Shown here in pieces: positions 44,199-53,867 of a DNA stretch of 64,000 nucleotides. The notes beneath the pieces were generated by a model. It saw nothing but the letters and a program-made list of their open reading frames with translations, did not search any database and was not told where the DNA came from. A program made the translations under genes and the position numbers. Source of the stretch: Blastocatellia bacterium. Lineage in GTDB: Bacteria > Acidobacteriota > Blastocatellia > UBA7656. The first letter of the stretch is position 1. Each line of letters begins with the position of its first letter. The stretch lies in NCBI GenBank assembly GCA_963765495.1, contig CAVXWP010000007.1:608001-672000 (forward strand). The letters are read 5' to 3'.

Positions 44199-45527
44199 GT
44201 GAAGAATAAAAAAGCTATGAGCGTAGTGATCGCAACGGTCTTAATCCTGATTGGGACCACTTTGTTGCTGGACAAAGTTGCTGCATACTCAAATGCCGAG
44301 GGCACGGCCGGGGCGATCACCTTTAGCAAGGATGTTGCGCCGATCCTGCGAGCGAGATGTGAAGAATGTCATCACTCGGGCGGCGTAGCTCCTATGTCGC
44401 TTGTCACCTACAGCGAGGCGCGCCCCTGGGCGCGAGCCATAAAGGAAAAAGTTGTTCGGCGAGAGATGCCGCCTTTTCACGCGTTAGGGCCATTAGGGCG
44501 TTATCAGAATGATCCGCGTCTGACCGATGCCGAGGTTGCTACGATAAGTAGCTGGGTCGATAGCGGCGCAAAGGAAGGCAATTCCGCAGACCTGCCGCCG
44601 CGCAAGCAGTGGGATTTTGGCTGGGCTTTCGGAACGCCTGATCTGGTAGTTACACAACCCAAGGCATTCACGCTCGCCAAGAACGATAAAGACCTTTATG
44701 TCTTCTTTGTATTCGATTACGTCTTCCCCGAAGACACGTGGATCAACTCGATTCAGGTGCGTCCGGGTAACGCCAGGGCAGTCCATCACGCCAATGTGCA
44801 TCTTGTGCCGCCCGGCTTCAAAGTGCCCGAGGAAGGCTATATCGCGGGCGACTTCGATCCTTCGGCCAGAGGCACATATATGATCTCCGGCTGGGTGCCC
44901 GGCGCAAACACCGTGAAGCTGACAGATGGTGTGGCCGTGCGGATACCGAAAGGGATGCGACTCGGCTTGCAGGTTCATTATGCGCCTTCGGGGCAGGCGA
45001 TCAGTGACCAGTCTTCCATCGGCGTCTATTATGCCGACGGCATCGTTCAAAAAAACCTGCGACTATTGTTTGGTGACCGCAAGGACCTGCTGGTCCAGCC
45101 TGGCGAGGCAAATGCCTCCTTCACGGATCGCAAGACGTTTCAAACCGATGCCATAATAAAATTCTTCCACGTCCACATGCACCTGCGAGGCAAATCCTAT
45201 GTGATGAAACTCTATTACCCCGATGGTCGGGTGGAAACCGGGCTGGAAGTTCAAAACTATAATTTTAACTGGCAGCGCACCTATGTGCTCACCGAGCCTA
45301 TTCGCGTGCCAAAAGGCACGATAGCCGAATTCACGGGGACATACGACAACAGCGACAAAAACAGGTTCAACCCCGACCCGACTCAACCCGTGCGATGGGG
45401 CGAGTTCACAAAAGACGAGATGATGCAGGGCCGCATCTTTTATGAAGCAGCCGACGAGAAACTAAACCTCCGAGTCGTAAAGGGAAGGGCCGTTCCAGCA
45501 GAAGAACCTGTGAGCAAATCGCAATAG
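44199..45527 (+). CDS. Secreted c-type heme protein with copper type II (PHM/DBH-like) monooxygenase domains
   Basis: Signal peptide, CEECH heme motif, MPP, VHHA, HVHMHLRGK, WQRTY, YDNS and DEMM motifs. Confidence 0.7.
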   Translation: MKNKKAMSVVIATVLILIGTTLLLDKVAAYSNAEGTAGAITFSKDVAPILRARCEECHHSGGVAPMSLVTYSEARPWARAIKEKVVRREMPPFHALGPLGRYQNDPRLTDAEVATISSWVDSGAKEGNSADLPPRKQWDFGWAFGTPDLVVTQPKAFTLAKNDKDLYVFFVFDYVFPEDTWINSIQVRPGNARAVHHANVHLVPPGFKVPEEGYIAGDFDPSARGTYMISGWVPGANTVKLTDGVAVRIPKGMRLGLQVHYAPSGQAISDQSSIGVYYADGIVQKNLRLLFGDRKDLLVQPGEANASFTDRKTFQTDAIIKFFHVHMHLRGKSYVMKLYYPDGRVETGLEVQNYNFNWQRTYVLTEPIRVPKGTIAEFTGTYDNSDKNRFNPDPTQPVRWGEFTKDEMMQGRIFYEAADEKLNLRVVKGRAVPAEEPVSKSQ

Positions 45528-45576
45528 CCGAAAGAGATTGCTGGAGATGAAAGTCTGTCTGAAGTGTTAAATTTTT

Positions 45577-45637
45577 TTTGACAGGATTTACAGAATTATT
45601 TAGAGACGGTTAGAAACCCCCTGTTAATTCTGTCAAA
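45577..45637. repeat. GACAGGATT palindromic element, copy 1
   Basis: TTTGACAGGATTTACAGAATT...CCTGTTAATTCTGTCAAA. Confidence 0.75.
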
Positions 45638-45678
45638 TTCTCTCTCTTCACCGATCACGCGTCTCCTTAACAGCGGCG

Positions 45679-46683
45679 CTACGAAGCTGAAAAACTCTTC
45701 TCGGCGCTCTCGTCCGGGATGCTTTTTTGCGAGTAAAACTCGATCACTCGCCTGGCCATCTCAATCACCTTATCGCGCAACTCCCGGGGCTCCAGTACCT
45801 CTACCTGCGGGCCAAAGCTCAGTGCATATTCCCAGGCCACCTCTTCTGAATCGAAGTGAATCAAGACTTCGGCCCATCCTGTTTCATCGGGCGAGCCGAC
45901 CTGCTGAATCTTTGCAAACCTGCCAGCGAATGATATTCGCGGAAGAACCATGGGGCTTACGCGCACACTCACACTGTAGCGCGGCAGTTGTTTTTTAAAC
46001 TCGATGGTGTTTTGTTCCCAGTACGCCGCCAGATCGAATCCCTTCGGCCGGACGCAAAGCTCATCCGTCATCTCAAAACCTTCCACACGCGAGACCCGAT
46101 AGCTGCGTATCTCGTCACCTGTCGCGGCCACCAGATACCACACGCTTCCCTTTGCGACCAGCCCGAGCGGGTCAAGCAACCGCTCGACTGGCCCGCACCC
46201 GCTACGCCGATAGGTGATCTTTATCCTGCGCTCCTGCCATACGGCTCCTTGAATCGCAGTGAGAAACGGTATTGTCTCGCCTGAGTGATTCCAGCCCGTA
46301 GGGTCTATGTAAATCCGCTGGTGCACATACTCGGCGTCAGCGCGATACATCGAAGGCAAAGAAGCAAGCAGTTTTATGAAGGCCCCTTCCGAAGCCTTAT
46401 CCAGTCCGAGATCGGCAAGCAGGCGAGAGGGCCGGGTCAGGAAAAGCGCCTGGATTTCGGATTTGTTCAGCCCCGTCAGGTTTGTGCGGTACTCTTCGAG
46501 CAGCGCCCATCCGCCGCCTGAGCCCCGTTCTGCAAAGACGGGGATGCCTGCCCCGCTCAGGGCTTCCATGTCGCGGTGAATAGTCCGTTCGGAAACCTCA
46601 AGCCTGCGCGCAAGCTCGCGCGCCGTGATGCGGCGATGCACCTGCAAGATCAACATGATCGAAAGCAGCCGGTCGGCCCTCAT
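45679..46683 (-). CDS. YafY-like HTH-WYL transcriptional regulator
   Basis: MRADRLLSI, LEVSERTIHRDMEAL, GSGGG, WYLVA, RSYRVSR. Confidence 0.92.
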   Translation of the reverse strand: MRADRLLSIMLILQVHRRITARELARRLEVSERTIHRDMEALSGAGIPVFAERGSGGGWALLEEYRTNLTGLNKSEIQALFLTRPSRLLADLGLDKASEGAFIKLLASLPSMYRADAEYVHQRIYIDPTGWNHSGETIPFLTAIQGAVWQERRIKITYRRSGCGPVERLLDPLGLVAKGSVWYLVAATGDEIRSYRVSRVEGFEMTDELCVRPKGFDLAAYWEQNTIEFKKQLPRYSVSVRVSPMVLPRISFAGRFAKIQQVGSPDETGWAEVLIHFDSEEVAWEYALSFGPQVEVLEPRELRDKVIEMARRVIEFYSQKSIPDESAEKSFSAS

Positions 46684-46833
46684 CTCTTGCCCCTCGCTTT
46701 CTTTTGTCTTACAAAATCAGAATCCTGAATCTATCACAGAAATATGTCACAGGATGTCAGGTTTAGTCATTAACATGAAGATTCTGTAAAGAATGGTCGG
46801 TCGTCGAACTGAAAATAAACAAGGAGGAAAGTT

Positions 46834-47376
46834 ATGCCCGGATCGAAACGGACATCAAAGCAAAACGCCGCGCGAAAGATCGCGGAGCCGAAAGCAACAC
46901 GCCCGCATATGCCTGCCGGCTACGGGGTAGTTGGACCCGATAAAGGGGATGGATTGCTTTCCTGGACCGATGCTACGGAGAGCCTCGCGAAGGCGCACAA
47001 CTATTGGGTTGTGACCACGTGGCCTGACGCCCGTCCCCATGCCACGCCCGTCTGGGGGGTGTGGGTAGACGGAGCTTTTTATTTCGGCACGGATAGAGGG
47101 GCGCGAAAGGCGCGCAATCTATCGAACAACCCTGAAATGGTCGTTCATCTTGAGAGCGGCGACGATGTAGTGATTATTGAGGGGCGAGCCGAAGAGATTT
47201 CAGACCGCTCATTGTTTGCGCGGATGAATGATGCCTACTTTGCCAAATACCATATGCGGCAGACGGACGCTCCGGGCGACGCGGTAATCTATCGCCTAAG
47301 GCCGCGCGTCGCCTTTGCCTGGCACGAACAGAGCTTTAACCGTGACGCGACGCGTTGGACATTTGATGCGGAATGA
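46834..47376 (+). CDS. Pyridoxamine 5'-phosphate oxidase-like (flavin/F420 split-barrel) protein
   Basis: NYWVVTTWPDARPHATPVWGVW, KARNLSNNP; divergent from the WYL regulator. Confidence 0.8.
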   Translation: MPGSKRTSKQNAARKIAEPKATRPHMPAGYGVVGPDKGDGLLSWTDATESLAKAHNYWVVTTWPDARPHATPVWGVWVDGAFYFGTDRGARKARNLSNNPEMVVHLESGDDVVIIEGRAEEISDRSLFARMNDAYFAKYHMRQTDAPGDAVIYRLRPRVAFAWHEQSFNRDATRWTFDAE

Positions 47377-47384
47377 AAGCTTGA

Positions 47385-50345
47385 TCAATGCGCTTCAGCG
47401 CCTGACGCATTATTGGATTTGAACACAGTCCAGGGTTTGTCGAGATAACCTTCAGGCGGATGCTCGCCTAAAAATTCCAGCCCCACAACCCATCGCCCGT
47501 CTTTAGACAACGTAGCGCGTCTTACCAGCGCGTACACGCCATAGCTCGGGTCGGTGAGGCCGTGCTTGCGAAGCTTTTCCGGCAGAGGCAGCAGGAGGTA
47601 GAGGACAGCCCCTCGTTTTAATTTTTTCGTCAGGGTGATGGTTACTCCGGTCCGGCTGACATCGAGTGTTTTGGTCATCTCGCCCCACTTATCTCCGTTT
47701 TCGACATATCCCGTCACGCGAGTGGGGATCGAGAGTCTGACTCTCTTACATCTGCGGCGATTCTTATTGATTGTGTCGCTGTAGAATTCCGAATATACCT
47801 CCCCGGCTACCGGGATGTGCTTGATTGTCGGTCCTTCCTGATCGGGTGTCGCTTTGGCATTCTGCCTCGGGCTTTCAGGAATTGCCGGCACCTCGATTCT
47901 ATTTGCCGGTTCTGTTGCTTCGGTGTCGGGTTGAGATAACCCCTGTTGATAAGTCTGTTCGATCAACTGCTTCATCGCTTTTCCGTCAATGGGCCTTGAG
48001 AGCAGATATCCCTGCACATATTCGCAATTGAGGCCCGTAAGCTGAATGACCTGTTCGCGAGTCTCCACCCCTTCGGCGATAACATCCATGCCCAGGTTTA
48101 TCGCAAGCGAGATTATCGTGCGGATGATCTCGGAATTCTTTGGCAGGCTCATCCTTGTGACAAAAGAACGGTCGATCTTTAGCGTGTCTATCGGGAAACG
48201 GTGCAGATAACTCAACGAAGAGTACCCCGTGCCAAAATCATCGAGCAGAATTCTGATGCCAAGCGCCTTTAGTTGATTGAGCGCCATGGTCGCGGATTCG
48301 ATGTTTTCGATGATTGCGCTCTCGGTTATTTCAACCTTCAAACTGGCCGCGTCAAGCCCTGTCTCAGCCAGAGCCTGTTTTATCTGATCAATCAGATCGG
48401 GCTGGGAAAACTGCTTGCCCGAAAGATTTACACTCATCGTCAGAGGGGGGTCGGAAGGGAATTGCTCCTGCCAGATGCGTAGCTGTTGACAGGCCTCTTT
48501 GAGCACCCACTGGCCGATGGGAATAATCAACCCGGTCTCTTCGGCTACGGGAACAAACTCTGATGGCGAGATGGAGCCGATTGATGGATGTTCCCAGCGC
48601 AAGAGGGCCTCAAAGCCGGTAATGCGCCAGTTCTCCAATGAGACTATCGGCTGATAGTGGACGCGGAACTCGTCGCGGGCGAGCGCGCGACGCAAATCGG
48701 TTTCCAGTTGTAACATCTCGACTGCGCGAGTGTGCATATCTCTGTCAAAGACTTCAAAGCGCCCCCGGCCCTGATCCTTTGCCCTGTACATGGCGCTGTC
48801 GGCATTGCGCAGAAAATCCTCCGGCTCTTCATAGGGAACCTGGCTATGGGTTATTCCGATGCTCACAGAGGCGAAAATTTCGTGTCCGCCCAGATTGAAC
48901 GGTTCCTCAAATTGTTTCTGTATACGTTCGGCTGCCTCTGCCGTGTCACCGACCTTTTTGATATGGTCGAGAATTATGGCAAACTCATCGCCTCCGAACC
49001 GGGCCGCCATATCCCCGGGGCGAAGCGAAGCTTCAAGCCTGCGAGCGATGGCGATCAGTAGCTGATCGCCTATGTGATGTCCGAGGCTGTCATTTATGAT
49101 TTTGAATCGGTCGAGATCGAGAAACAGCAGAGCAAACAGGTAGTCTTCGTGGTGTTTCGCCCGCTCAAGCGATCTCCTGAGCCTGTCCATGAATACGGTG
49201 CGGTTGGGGAGCCCCGTCAGGGCGTCGTGCGAGGCGTTGTGAAGTAACCGGCTCTCCGCCTCTTTCTGATCCGTTATATCGGTGAGCGATCCCGCCATTC
49301 GGTAGATAGATTTATCCGCATCCCAGGCGGCCAGACCTCGCGTGAGTACCCATCGGTATGAGTTGTCTTTATGCCTCAAGCGATGTTCGCTCTGGAAATG
49401 AGATGTCGAGCCTACCAGATGAGCGGTAATGCTGGATTGAACCTCTTCAATGTCTTCCGGGTGCACGCGGCTCAACCATTCATCGGGGGAGGTCCCGATG
49501 TCGGCCTCTTCATAGCCTAGTATGGCTTTCCATCGCAGGCAGAAATGCATTTCATTATTTTCCAGGTTCCAATCCCATAACCCGTCATTGGCGCTGCGGA
49601 TGACCAGCGCATAGCGTTCTTCGCTGGCCGCAAGATAGGTGAATGCCTGCTGGCGTTCGGTTATCGCTTTCTCAAGCTCCAGGCTCTTGCAACTGAGTTC
49701 TAGCTGAGTCACGATGGCGCGGGCCAGTGTTTGCAGGGTCAGAGCCTGGGAATCGGTCAATTCCCGTGGTTCCTTGTCAAGAACACAAAGCACGCCGAGC
49801 GCGTGACCGGTTGATGTCAGCAAGGGCGCTCCGGCGTAGAATCGCACTCCAGGCTCGCCCCTCACCAGAGGGTTGTCCCAGAATCGTATGTCTTTGAGCG
49901 CGTCCGATACTACGAAAATATCCGGCGTCAGAATGGCCCAGGAACAAAAAGAGTTTTCTCTGCTACCTTCAATCCAGTTGGAACCTGTGTTGGCTCTGTA
50001 ACGGATGCGGTCGGCTTCGACTATGCTGAGCAGAGCTGACGGAGTTGAACACAGGTCTGCTGAAATTCGGGTGAAATTATCAAAAAGCTCTTCGTGCTCT
50101 ATGCCCTTGCTAATGTATCGGCGCAACGCTTCGAGCCTCGCGGCCTCATTTTCAGGCATAGGCGCTGCCATCATCATAGATTCATGAAGGTCTTCCTGAT
50201 CGAACGCACCAAAAATCATTGCCGAGTTTTCGCGCCTCTGCAAAGCGCCGTCCCTTTGCCGATCGCTTAGTTGCTTATCTGCGGTGATGGAGCCAGCCAC
50301 CCCGCCGGATATATCTGGAAGCTTGTTTATCTGGGCCGTGCTCAT
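47385..50345 (-). CDS. GAF-PAS-GGDEF-EAL diguanylate cyclase/phosphodiesterase with a C-terminal PilZ-like domain
   Basis: GAF (VRFYAGAPL), PAS (WDWN..RVHPED), RFGGDEF, FEALLRW, DDFGTGYSSL, C-terminal RRRCKR...DVSRTG; the start codon is uncertain. Confidence 0.9.
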   Translation of the reverse strand: MSTAQINKLPDISGGVAGSITADKQLSDRQRDGALQRRENSAMIFGAFDQEDLHESMMMAAPMPENEAARLEALRRYISKGIEHEELFDNFTRISADLCSTPSALLSIVEADRIRYRANTGSNWIEGSRENSFCSWAILTPDIFVVSDALKDIRFWDNPLVRGEPGVRFYAGAPLLTSTGHALGVLCVLDKEPRELTDSQALTLQTLARAIVTQLELSCKSLELEKAITERQQAFTYLAASEERYALVIRSANDGLWDWNLENNEMHFCLRWKAILGYEEADIGTSPDEWLSRVHPEDIEEVQSSITAHLVGSTSHFQSEHRLRHKDNSYRWVLTRGLAAWDADKSIYRMAGSLTDITDQKEAESRLLHNASHDALTGLPNRTVFMDRLRRSLERAKHHEDYLFALLFLDLDRFKIINDSLGHHIGDQLLIAIARRLEASLRPGDMAARFGGDEFAIILDHIKKVGDTAEAAERIQKQFEEPFNLGGHEIFASVSIGITHSQVPYEEPEDFLRNADSAMYRAKDQGRGRFEVFDRDMHTRAVEMLQLETDLRRALARDEFRVHYQPIVSLENWRITGFEALLRWEHPSIGSISPSEFVPVAEETGLIIPIGQWVLKEACQQLRIWQEQFPSDPPLTMSVNLSGKQFSQPDLIDQIKQALAETGLDAASLKVEITESAIIENIESATMALNQLKALGIRILLDDFGTGYSSLSYLHRFPIDTLKIDRSFVTRMSLPKNSEIIRTIISLAINLGMDVIAEGVETREQVIQLTGLNCEYVQGYLLSRPIDGKAMKQLIEQTYQQGLSQPDTEATEPANRIEVPAIPESPRQNAKATPDQEGPTIKHIPVAGEVYSEFYSDTINKNRRRCKRVRLSIPTRVTGYVENGDKWGEMTKTLDVSRTGVTITLTKKLKRGAVLYLLLPLPEKLRKHGLTDPSYGVYALVRRATLSKDGRWVVGLEFLGEHPPEGYLDKPWTVFKSNNASGAEAH

Positions 50346-50686
50346 GAGCGATTACAGATTACACGTCTCCTGTCTTAATCAAATCATTCTTTCGCCAGCG
50401 ATTAGTGCAATGACGATGCCAGGACAGTATCCGGGAGGCTAATTGAAGGGAATAACTTACTTGTGTACTTAAATGAATCAGATGGATGCCCGGAGGAAGG
50501 CCAAAATGATTGATCGTGTCAAAAAAGGTCGATCAAATTGACTGTGTTTCTCTCATTCAGAGGGCACTTCGTATGCGAAGCCTCGGCATTTCACAATCAG
50601 GTTCTTGTTGGGAAACAGCGGTTTGTTTGAGCGCGTACCGGCTATTGTGAGCAGGTGTTTCCCGCGATGTGTGAATGGTATCCGTT

Positions 50687-50772
50687 TTTTTTGACAGGAT
50701 TGACGCGATTCAGGAGGATTAAAAGAGAATCTTGTTATATCCTTATTCAATCCTGTTAATCCTGTCAAAAAA
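50687..50772. repeat. GACAGGATT palindromic element, copy 2
   Basis: TTTTTTGACAGGATTGAC...AATCCTGTTAATCCTGTCAAAAAA. Confidence 0.8.
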
Positions 50773-50860
50773 TCCGGCTTTGCCGGTGGTCGGACAGTCT
50801 TTCGGGAAGCAGATGATGGAATTTTTCCGACGCATTAATCCGACGCATTAATAGGAGATA

Positions 50861-53296
50861 ATGATGGAGACTCTTTTACAAGACCTGCGTTACGGCACGC
50901 GGATGCTCATCAAGAACCCCGGCTTCACGTTTGTCGCGGTAATCACTATGGCTCTGGGCATCGGCGCGAACACGGCGCTTTTCAGCGTAGTCAACGGGGT
51001 AATGCTCAAATCGCTGCCCTTCGATAAGCCCGACAGATTGATGTTTATTCTGGAAACCAATTCGAAGTTTCCGGCCCCGGGCGTCTCTTCTTCTTCGCTC
51101 AACTATCGGGATCGGAAAGAACAGAGTCAATCCTTCAAGCTTATTAGCGCGCGTCAGCCGTTCACGGGCAATCTGACATCGAGCGACCTGCCGGAAAAGA
51201 TTCAGGGCGAAAAGGTAAACTGGGATTACTTCCAGACTCTCGGACTTGCGCCGATTGCCGGGCGCGATTTCATGCAGGAAGAAGACAAGCCCGGAGGCCC
51301 GCCCGTCATCCTTTTATCGAAGGGTCTGTGGCAACGCCGCTTCGCGGGCGACCCCGGCATAATCGGACAAACAATCCCAATCAACGGCCAGAGCACTACA
51401 GTTGTCGGCATTATGCCAAACGATTATCGCCCCAATATAGAGTTCTGGGTTCCTCTCGGTCTCGTTTACGAAAATGCCGACCGCAATCTGCATAACCTTC
51501 AGGTGATCGGTCGTCTCGCTGATAATGCGACCGTGGAACAGGCGCAAACCGAAATGTCCACGATAAGCGCGCGGCTTGCTGAGCAATATCCCGAGTCAAA
51601 CAGCGGATGGGGGCTGGCCGTCGTTCCATTTAACGATCTGGTCACCTTGAATATACGCCCGGCCCTGATGATTTTGCTTGTGGCGGTCGGGTTCGTATTG
51701 CTGATTGCCTGCGCGAATGTCGCAAACCTTCTGCTCGCGCGGGCGGCCTCACGCGAAAAAGAGATTGCCATCCGACTGGCGCTCGGCGCGGGTCGGGGCC
51801 GGTTGATAAGACAGGTTCTTACGGAAAGCGTCCTTATCTCTTTGATCGGAGGCTCAATCGGCGTTCTGGTTTCGCTCTGGTGCACGGATGCTTTAGTCAG
51901 CTTGAATCCGCAGGGCATCCCCCGCGTAGGTGAAATCGGTGTTGACGGTCGTGTGCTTGGATTTGCGCTCCTCGTCTCTGTTGCCGCGGGAGTCCTCTTT
52001 GGATTTGTGCCCGCGTTGCAGGCTTCAAGAGCAAACCTCAACGAGACGTTGAAAGAGAGCGGAAAGTCAACAGCCGGTCACATTCGTGGACGCCGTATTC
52101 GAAACACATTAGTGATTGTGCAGATCGCGCTGGCCTTTGTGCTGCTTGTGGGCGCGGGGCTTTTGATAAAGAGCTTTTCCGCACTTCAGCAGGTAGCCGT
52201 GGGGTTCAACCGCGATCACCTGCTCACAATGCAGATCGCTTTGCCCCCGGCCCTCTACCCGAACGACAACGATGTGATCGGGTTTTATAAAGAAGCGACC
52301 CAGAGGCTATCATCGCTGCCCGGCGTAAGCTCGGCTTCGGCCATAACACAAGCGCCGCTTGCGGGCGGCGGCCCTCAGTTCATATTTTCGGTCGAAGGCC
52401 GCCCTCTGCCTACACCCTCGGAGGCCCCCATGGCCAGTTATAGAGTAATCACTCCCGATTACTTTCAAACTCTTGGGATCCCACTTATAAAAGGGCGAAC
52501 GCTTAGCGAATCCGATGACCGGAATGCGTTACAGGCGGTCGTCATCAATCAGAATATGGCAGACATCATGTGGCCCGGCGAGGACCCCATAGGCAAACGA
52601 ATGACCGTGGGAGTTCCATTGCCCAACGAACAGCCCGATTGGGCCAGGGTCATCGGGGTTGTGGGAAATGTCAAACACACATCGCTTACGGGCGAATCCG
52701 GGATGCAGATGTATCAGGCGACGGCTCAGACTCCATTTATAACGCTTGGCCTGGGGCGCTCGATGACTTTCGTTTTGCGGACTCAACTTGACCCGGCGAG
52801 CGTGACCGAGTCTGCCCGTAGCGTCATAGCCGGTCTCAACCCGACACTGCCCTTATCGAACGTGAAGACGATGGATACCATAATTCATGAAACCACCGCT
52901 CCGTTCAGATTCAATATGTTCCTGCTCGGTCTGTTCGCCGCGATAGCGATGATCCTGACAGTTGTCGGCGTTTACGGGGTGATGAATTACGCGGTCACGC
53001 AAAGAACACAGGAGATCGGCATAAGGATGGCGCTGGGCGCGCAGCCCTCACAGGTGCGAGCGATGGTGCTCAAGCAGGGATTGGCGCTTTCTTCAATCGG
53101 TCTGGCGATAGGGCTTGCAGGCGGATTTGCAGCTACGCGACTGATGTCGAGCCTGCTGTTTGGCGTCAGCGCAACCGATCCGATGATCTTCGCCGCTGTG
53201 GTCTTGATCTTGATTATAGTTGCGCTATTGACCTGCTACATCCCGGCGCGCAAGGCTACAAAGGTTGATCCGATAATCGCGCTTAAGTATGAATGA
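50861..53296 (+). CDS. ADOP-type duplicated ABC permease (MacB/FtsX-like)
   Basis: [63 protein letters not shown]. Confidence 0.92.
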   Translation: MMETLLQDLRYGTRMLIKNPGFTFVAVITMALGIGANTALFSVVNGVMLKSLPFDKPDRLMFILETNSKFPAPGVSSSSLNYRDRKEQSQSFKLISARQPFTGNLTSSDLPEKIQGEKVNWDYFQTLGLAPIAGRDFMQEEDKPGGPPVILLSKGLWQRRFAGDPGIIGQTIPINGQSTTVVGIMPNDYRPNIEFWVPLGLVYENADRNLHNLQVIGRLADNATVEQAQTEMSTISARLAEQYPESNSGWGLAVVPFNDLVTLNIRPALMILLVAVGFVLLIACANVANLLLARAASREKEIAIRLALGAGRGRLIRQVLTESVLISLIGGSIGVLVSLWCTDALVSLNPQGIPRVGEIGVDGRVLGFALLVSVAAGVLFGFVPALQASRANLNETLKESGKSTAGHIRGRRIRNTLVIVQIALAFVLLVGAGLLIKSFSALQQVAVGFNRDHLLTMQIALPPALYPNDNDVIGFYKEATQRLSSLPGVSSASAITQAPLAGGGPQFIFSVEGRPLPTPSEAPMASYRVITPDYFQTLGIPLIKGRTLSESDDRNALQAVVINQNMADIMWPGEDPIGKRMTVGVPLPNEQPDWARVIGVVGNVKHTSLTGESGMQMYQATAQTPFITLGLGRSMTFVLRTQLDPASVTESARSVIAGLNPTLPLSNVKTMDTIIHETTAPFRFNMFLLGLFAAIAMILTVVGVYGVMNYAVTQRTQEIGIRMALGAQPSQVRAMVLKQGLALSSIGLAIGLAGGFAATRLMSSLLFGVSATDPMIFAAVVLILIIVALLTCYIPARKATKVDPIIALKYE

Positions 53297-53307
53297 GCTA
53301 CCGGTTT

Positions 53308-53394
53308 TAGACAGGATTAACAGGATTAGATTTGATTAGACAAGATTAAAAGAGAGTCTTGTTGAATCATTAAAAATCCTGTTAATCCTGTCTA
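53308..53394. repeat. GACAGGATT palindromic element, copy 3
   Basis: TAGACAGGATTAACAGGATT...AATCCTGTTAATCCTGTCTA. Confidence 0.8.
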
Positions 53395-53442
53395 CGTCTT
53401 TTTACTCCATCAATTTCAACCTCTTATCATCCGATTTAACCT

Positions 53443-53498
53443 TCCCCTTGACATTCTAAGGGAGTGGGTTTACTCTTCCCTAGACATTCTAAGGAGAG
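53443..53498 (+). promoter_or_regulatory. Two repeated palindromic boxes, putative PadR operator overlapping the promoter
   Basis: CCCTTGACATTCTAAGG (contains TTGACA) and CCCTAGACATTCTAAGG directly upstream of padR. Confidence 0.65.
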
Positions 53499-53507
53499 CG
53501 ATGGGAA

Positions 53508-53834
53508 ATGGCGAAAATTGATCTGCTTCAAGGCACTCTGGATATGCTCGTTCTCAAGACCTTATCGGAAGGGGCTATGCACGGTTACGAGATCGCCCGC
53601 TGGATTCAGAAGACTTCGGATGAGGCGCTTCAGGTTGAAGAAGGCTCGCTCTATCCGGCTCTGTATCGAATGGAGCATAAGGGCTGGATAACATCGGAGT
53701 GGGATGTTTCGGAAAACAACCGCAAGGCGCGTTACTACAAGCTCACAAGAACCGGGCGCAAGCAACTCGAAAACGAGCAGGACCGATGGGCACGCCTGAC
53801 CGAGGCAATATCTAAAGTGATGCAGACGGCTTAA
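53508..53834 (+). CDS. PadR family regulator (acidobacterial type)
   Basis: LLQGTLDMLVLKTL, HGYEI, EEGSLYPALYR, SENNRKARYY. Confidence 0.92.
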   Translation: MAKIDLLQGTLDMLVLKTLSEGAMHGYEIARWIQKTSDEALQVEEGSLYPALYRMEHKGWITSEWDVSENNRKARYYKLTRTGRKQLENEQDRWARLTEAISKVMQTA

Positions 53835-53867
53835 CAGGGCTTAACAGGGATTAACAGGGAATTGATT

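Noticed and set aside
45679-46683. WYL protein as regulator of the putative defence system
   Set aside because: It is 28 kb away, YafY-type, and divergently paired with a PNPOx-like gene, which is a common non-defence arrangement.
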